Source of the DNA: Convolutriloba macropyga
Taxonomy: Eukaryota
Direction of reading: 5' to 3'
DNA length: 64,000 nt
NCBI RefSeq assembly: GCF_964194025.1
Contig: NC_134468.1
Span: 86,552,001 to 86,616,000, forward strand
Positions within the stretch are counted from its first letter, which is position 1. Every line of letters begins with the position of its first letter. Made by a program: the position numbers and the translations under genes. The notes under the pieces were generated by a model, which saw only the letters and a list, made by a program, of their open reading frames with translations, made no database searches and had not been told where the DNA came from. Positions 61,568 to 64,000 of the stretch are shown in pieces.

Positions 61568-64000
61568 CAATTTTCTAAGTCATAAAATTAATTTCCAAAA
61601 CAAAACTAATTTGTTGTTGACAGTCATAATCCTTTTCTGCTTAGTACCTTTTATTTTCACAACTGTTTTGCCTGCTCAAACTCCAATGGATCAACAGACA
61701 GTGAAGCTGCTGACCTACACAGGAAAGGCACAGGACTTTCCAATCTGGAGCACAAGATTTGTGGCGAAGATGCAGACGAAGGGACTCTACAAATCACTAC
61801 TGGGGACAGAGGAGCAACCCAACGAGCCTGCGCCACTGGCCAATGGGGCAACCAATGATGAGAAGAAGAACCACAAGGTGCTGAAGGATGCATATGAGAA
61901 GGAAGTTGCAGATATCAAGGAGAAACGGAAAAATGTGTGGTGCCATCTGGCACTGACTCTAGATGCAACAACCCTCATGCTGATGAGACATGACTGTGTG
62001 GGAGATGATGGCATTGGAGATGGAGCAAAGGCTTAGAAGCTTTTGCAAGAGAGATTTCAGACTGTGGAGACGCCGACAGTGGTGACTTTAGTGGCACAGC
62101 TTGCTCGACTGCAGCTCGAGGATTCTGAGGATTTGGACAGCTTCTTCATCAGAGGACAGGAGTTGCTCACAAGGCTACAAGAAGCAGGGGAAGCAGTCTC
62201 AGAGACCCTCTTCAACGCCTTGGTCCTCAATGGTCTGCCAATGAGGTATGAAAGTTTTGTTATACAGGAAAGCTTCAACACGGCAACAAACTTCACAGAG
62301 TTGAGGAAAAGGCTGCAGAAATTTCATGAGAGCACGGTGCAGAGACACAAGGGACAAAGTGGTTCAGTGGCACTGGCAGTGAAGCGTGACTTCAAGAAGG
62401 GACCCAAGAAAGGAAACTGTTTTGTGTGTGGGATTCCTGGAAACTTTGCCAAGGACTGCAGGAAGAAGGAGACAGCACAATACAGCAAGTGTGGTGAGAA
62501 GGGTCACCTAGACAGGGCATGCAGGAGACAAAGAGATGGAGGCAAACATGAGTCAGTGGCAATGGATCCAACATTGGCTACACCAGACGGGGAATGCTGG
62601 GCAGCTCTTACCCAGTGGAAGACAGCAGGCATGCTAGTGGACAGTGGTTGTACAGATCACACATCGATGCGTTCCTGGACTTTGTGCCCATTCAATCAGT
62701 GGTCAGAAATCCCAACAGAGAGGCTTTCAGAGTGGTGGGCAGAGGCTGTGTGAGGATCAGCATACCCTCAAACAAAGGGGAATTCCAATGCGAACTCAAA
62801 AATGTTCTGTGTGTGCCGGACTATTCTTCAAACCTCCTACCAGTCTCAAGATGCACGGAATGAGGCCATAGCTTCACTTTCGAGAGAGGAAACAGCTGCA
62901 TGAAACTCCAGAAGGGAACTCGGGTAAAACTAACACAAGAAAACAATTTGTTTTACTCACCCTGCAGCGTTCTAGAATTCAAGATGAGTTCCAACAGCGT
63001 GAAACTTGACAGTGCAAGGAAGTGGCACAGACGATTGGGTCATTTGAATCAAGCGGATGTGGTCAGGAATGCACCAGAAACAGTGGGGGAACTCGATGAT
63101 GTATGCAATGTGTGTGCATTGGCCAAGATCACAAAGACTCCAGTACCAAGAGTGGCAGAGACCCAAGCAGAGGAGAAGCTGGAGAAGGTGTTCACAGACG
63201 TGATGGGACCTTTCAGAGTAGAGTCACTGTCAGGGTTCCGGTTCTGCATAGTGTTTGCAGACCAGTACACGAAGTTTGTGTTTGTGGAATTGCTTAAGGC
63301 AAAGAGTGAAGCATTGGCCAGCCTGAAGAAATTTGTTCTCAGTGTGGGGACGCCCAAGAAGCTGAGGCAAGACAATGCGAAGGAGTTTCTCTCAGAGCAG
63401 TTCAAAACGTACGCGGTTCAAAACGTTTCTTTGCGGTCAATCCGGTTCAAAACGTTTCTTTGCGGTCAATCCTTGACAACAAAGAAACGGCTGAACTACT
63501 AGATGATGGGTCGGAACTGGGAATCTGGCACCCAGATGATGGTCATCAAGACGTTGAAAACAGAGAACGACAGGACACATCTACTGCAATAAAGGAGGAG
63601 TGGCATGACGCAGGGAGCGTGAATACTCAAGAAACAACACTGAGACAAGAGGCCTCGGATGTTGGAGAAACAGCACTAGATGAAGGATCTACTGCAACAA
63701 GAGGGAGTCACAGAGACTCAGAGTCCCTGGAAGACAGTGACACAGAAGACTTCTCACAGTTAGAGACAGTTGGCTTCGATGAAGATGCACTGGAACACGC
63801 GGACAGAGCAGAGCCCAGACGAGGGACACGAGCAAGGAATGTTCCGCAATTGTTTGGAGAAGTCAGGACCCATCTTGCTGTGACTGAGGGCGACTATGTG
63901 GAACCCACAACAGTCTACGAAGCCAAGCAAGGTGACGATTGGGACCAGTGGCACCGGGCAATGAAGGACGAGGTCAAGGCACTCCAAGACAACGAGACTT

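Larger units (their letters stand above)
60941..64000 (+). mobile_element. Ty1/copia LTR retrotransposon, inactivated; continues beyond the window
   Basis: Gag from ~61686; two damaged CCHC knuckles (CFVCGIPGNFAKDC, YSKCGEKGHLDRAC); protease LVDSGCTDH; WHRRLGH...CNVC; integrase FTDVMGP...RQDNAKEF; RT lead-in EPTTVYEA...WHRAMKDEVKAL. Premature stops at 62034 and 62861, a frameshift near 62660 and an integrase deletion near 63410. Confidence 0.96.

Overview
AT-rich, repeat-dense eukaryotic DNA, most likely from an invertebrate animal (spliceosomal introns, Ty1/copia, Helentron-type elements, two N-gaps). From left to right: (1) a degraded UDP-glycosyltransferase-like gene on the minus strand, with remnants flanking a ~10.2-kb satellite built from 71/~92-bp monomers in a ~795-bp 10-mer higher-order repeat; (2) a CAP/SCP-domain gene on the minus strand (exons ~28.3-28.6 kb and 18.5-18.9 kb) whose intron holds a 4 x ~682-bp tandem repeat; (3) an intronless SLC18B1-like MFS transporter (32672-34159); (4) a very large multi-exon gene on the plus strand (44125 to at least 60880, about 2,500 codons in the window, 3' end outside) with a Ser/Thr-rich 11-residue-periodic N-terminus and five ~205-aa repeats, each carrying two [WYF]xRxRE motifs exactly 49 residues apart, a domain I do not recognise; (5) a decayed copia LTR retrotransposon in the last visible intron of that gene. 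Dispersed throughout are a family of Helentron-associated (HINE/DINE-1-like) non-autonomous elements, GG-terminated MITEs with 8-bp target duplications, and an interlocked palindrome at 50.2-51.0 kb. All calls come from reading the sequence by eye; no searches or alignments were run.
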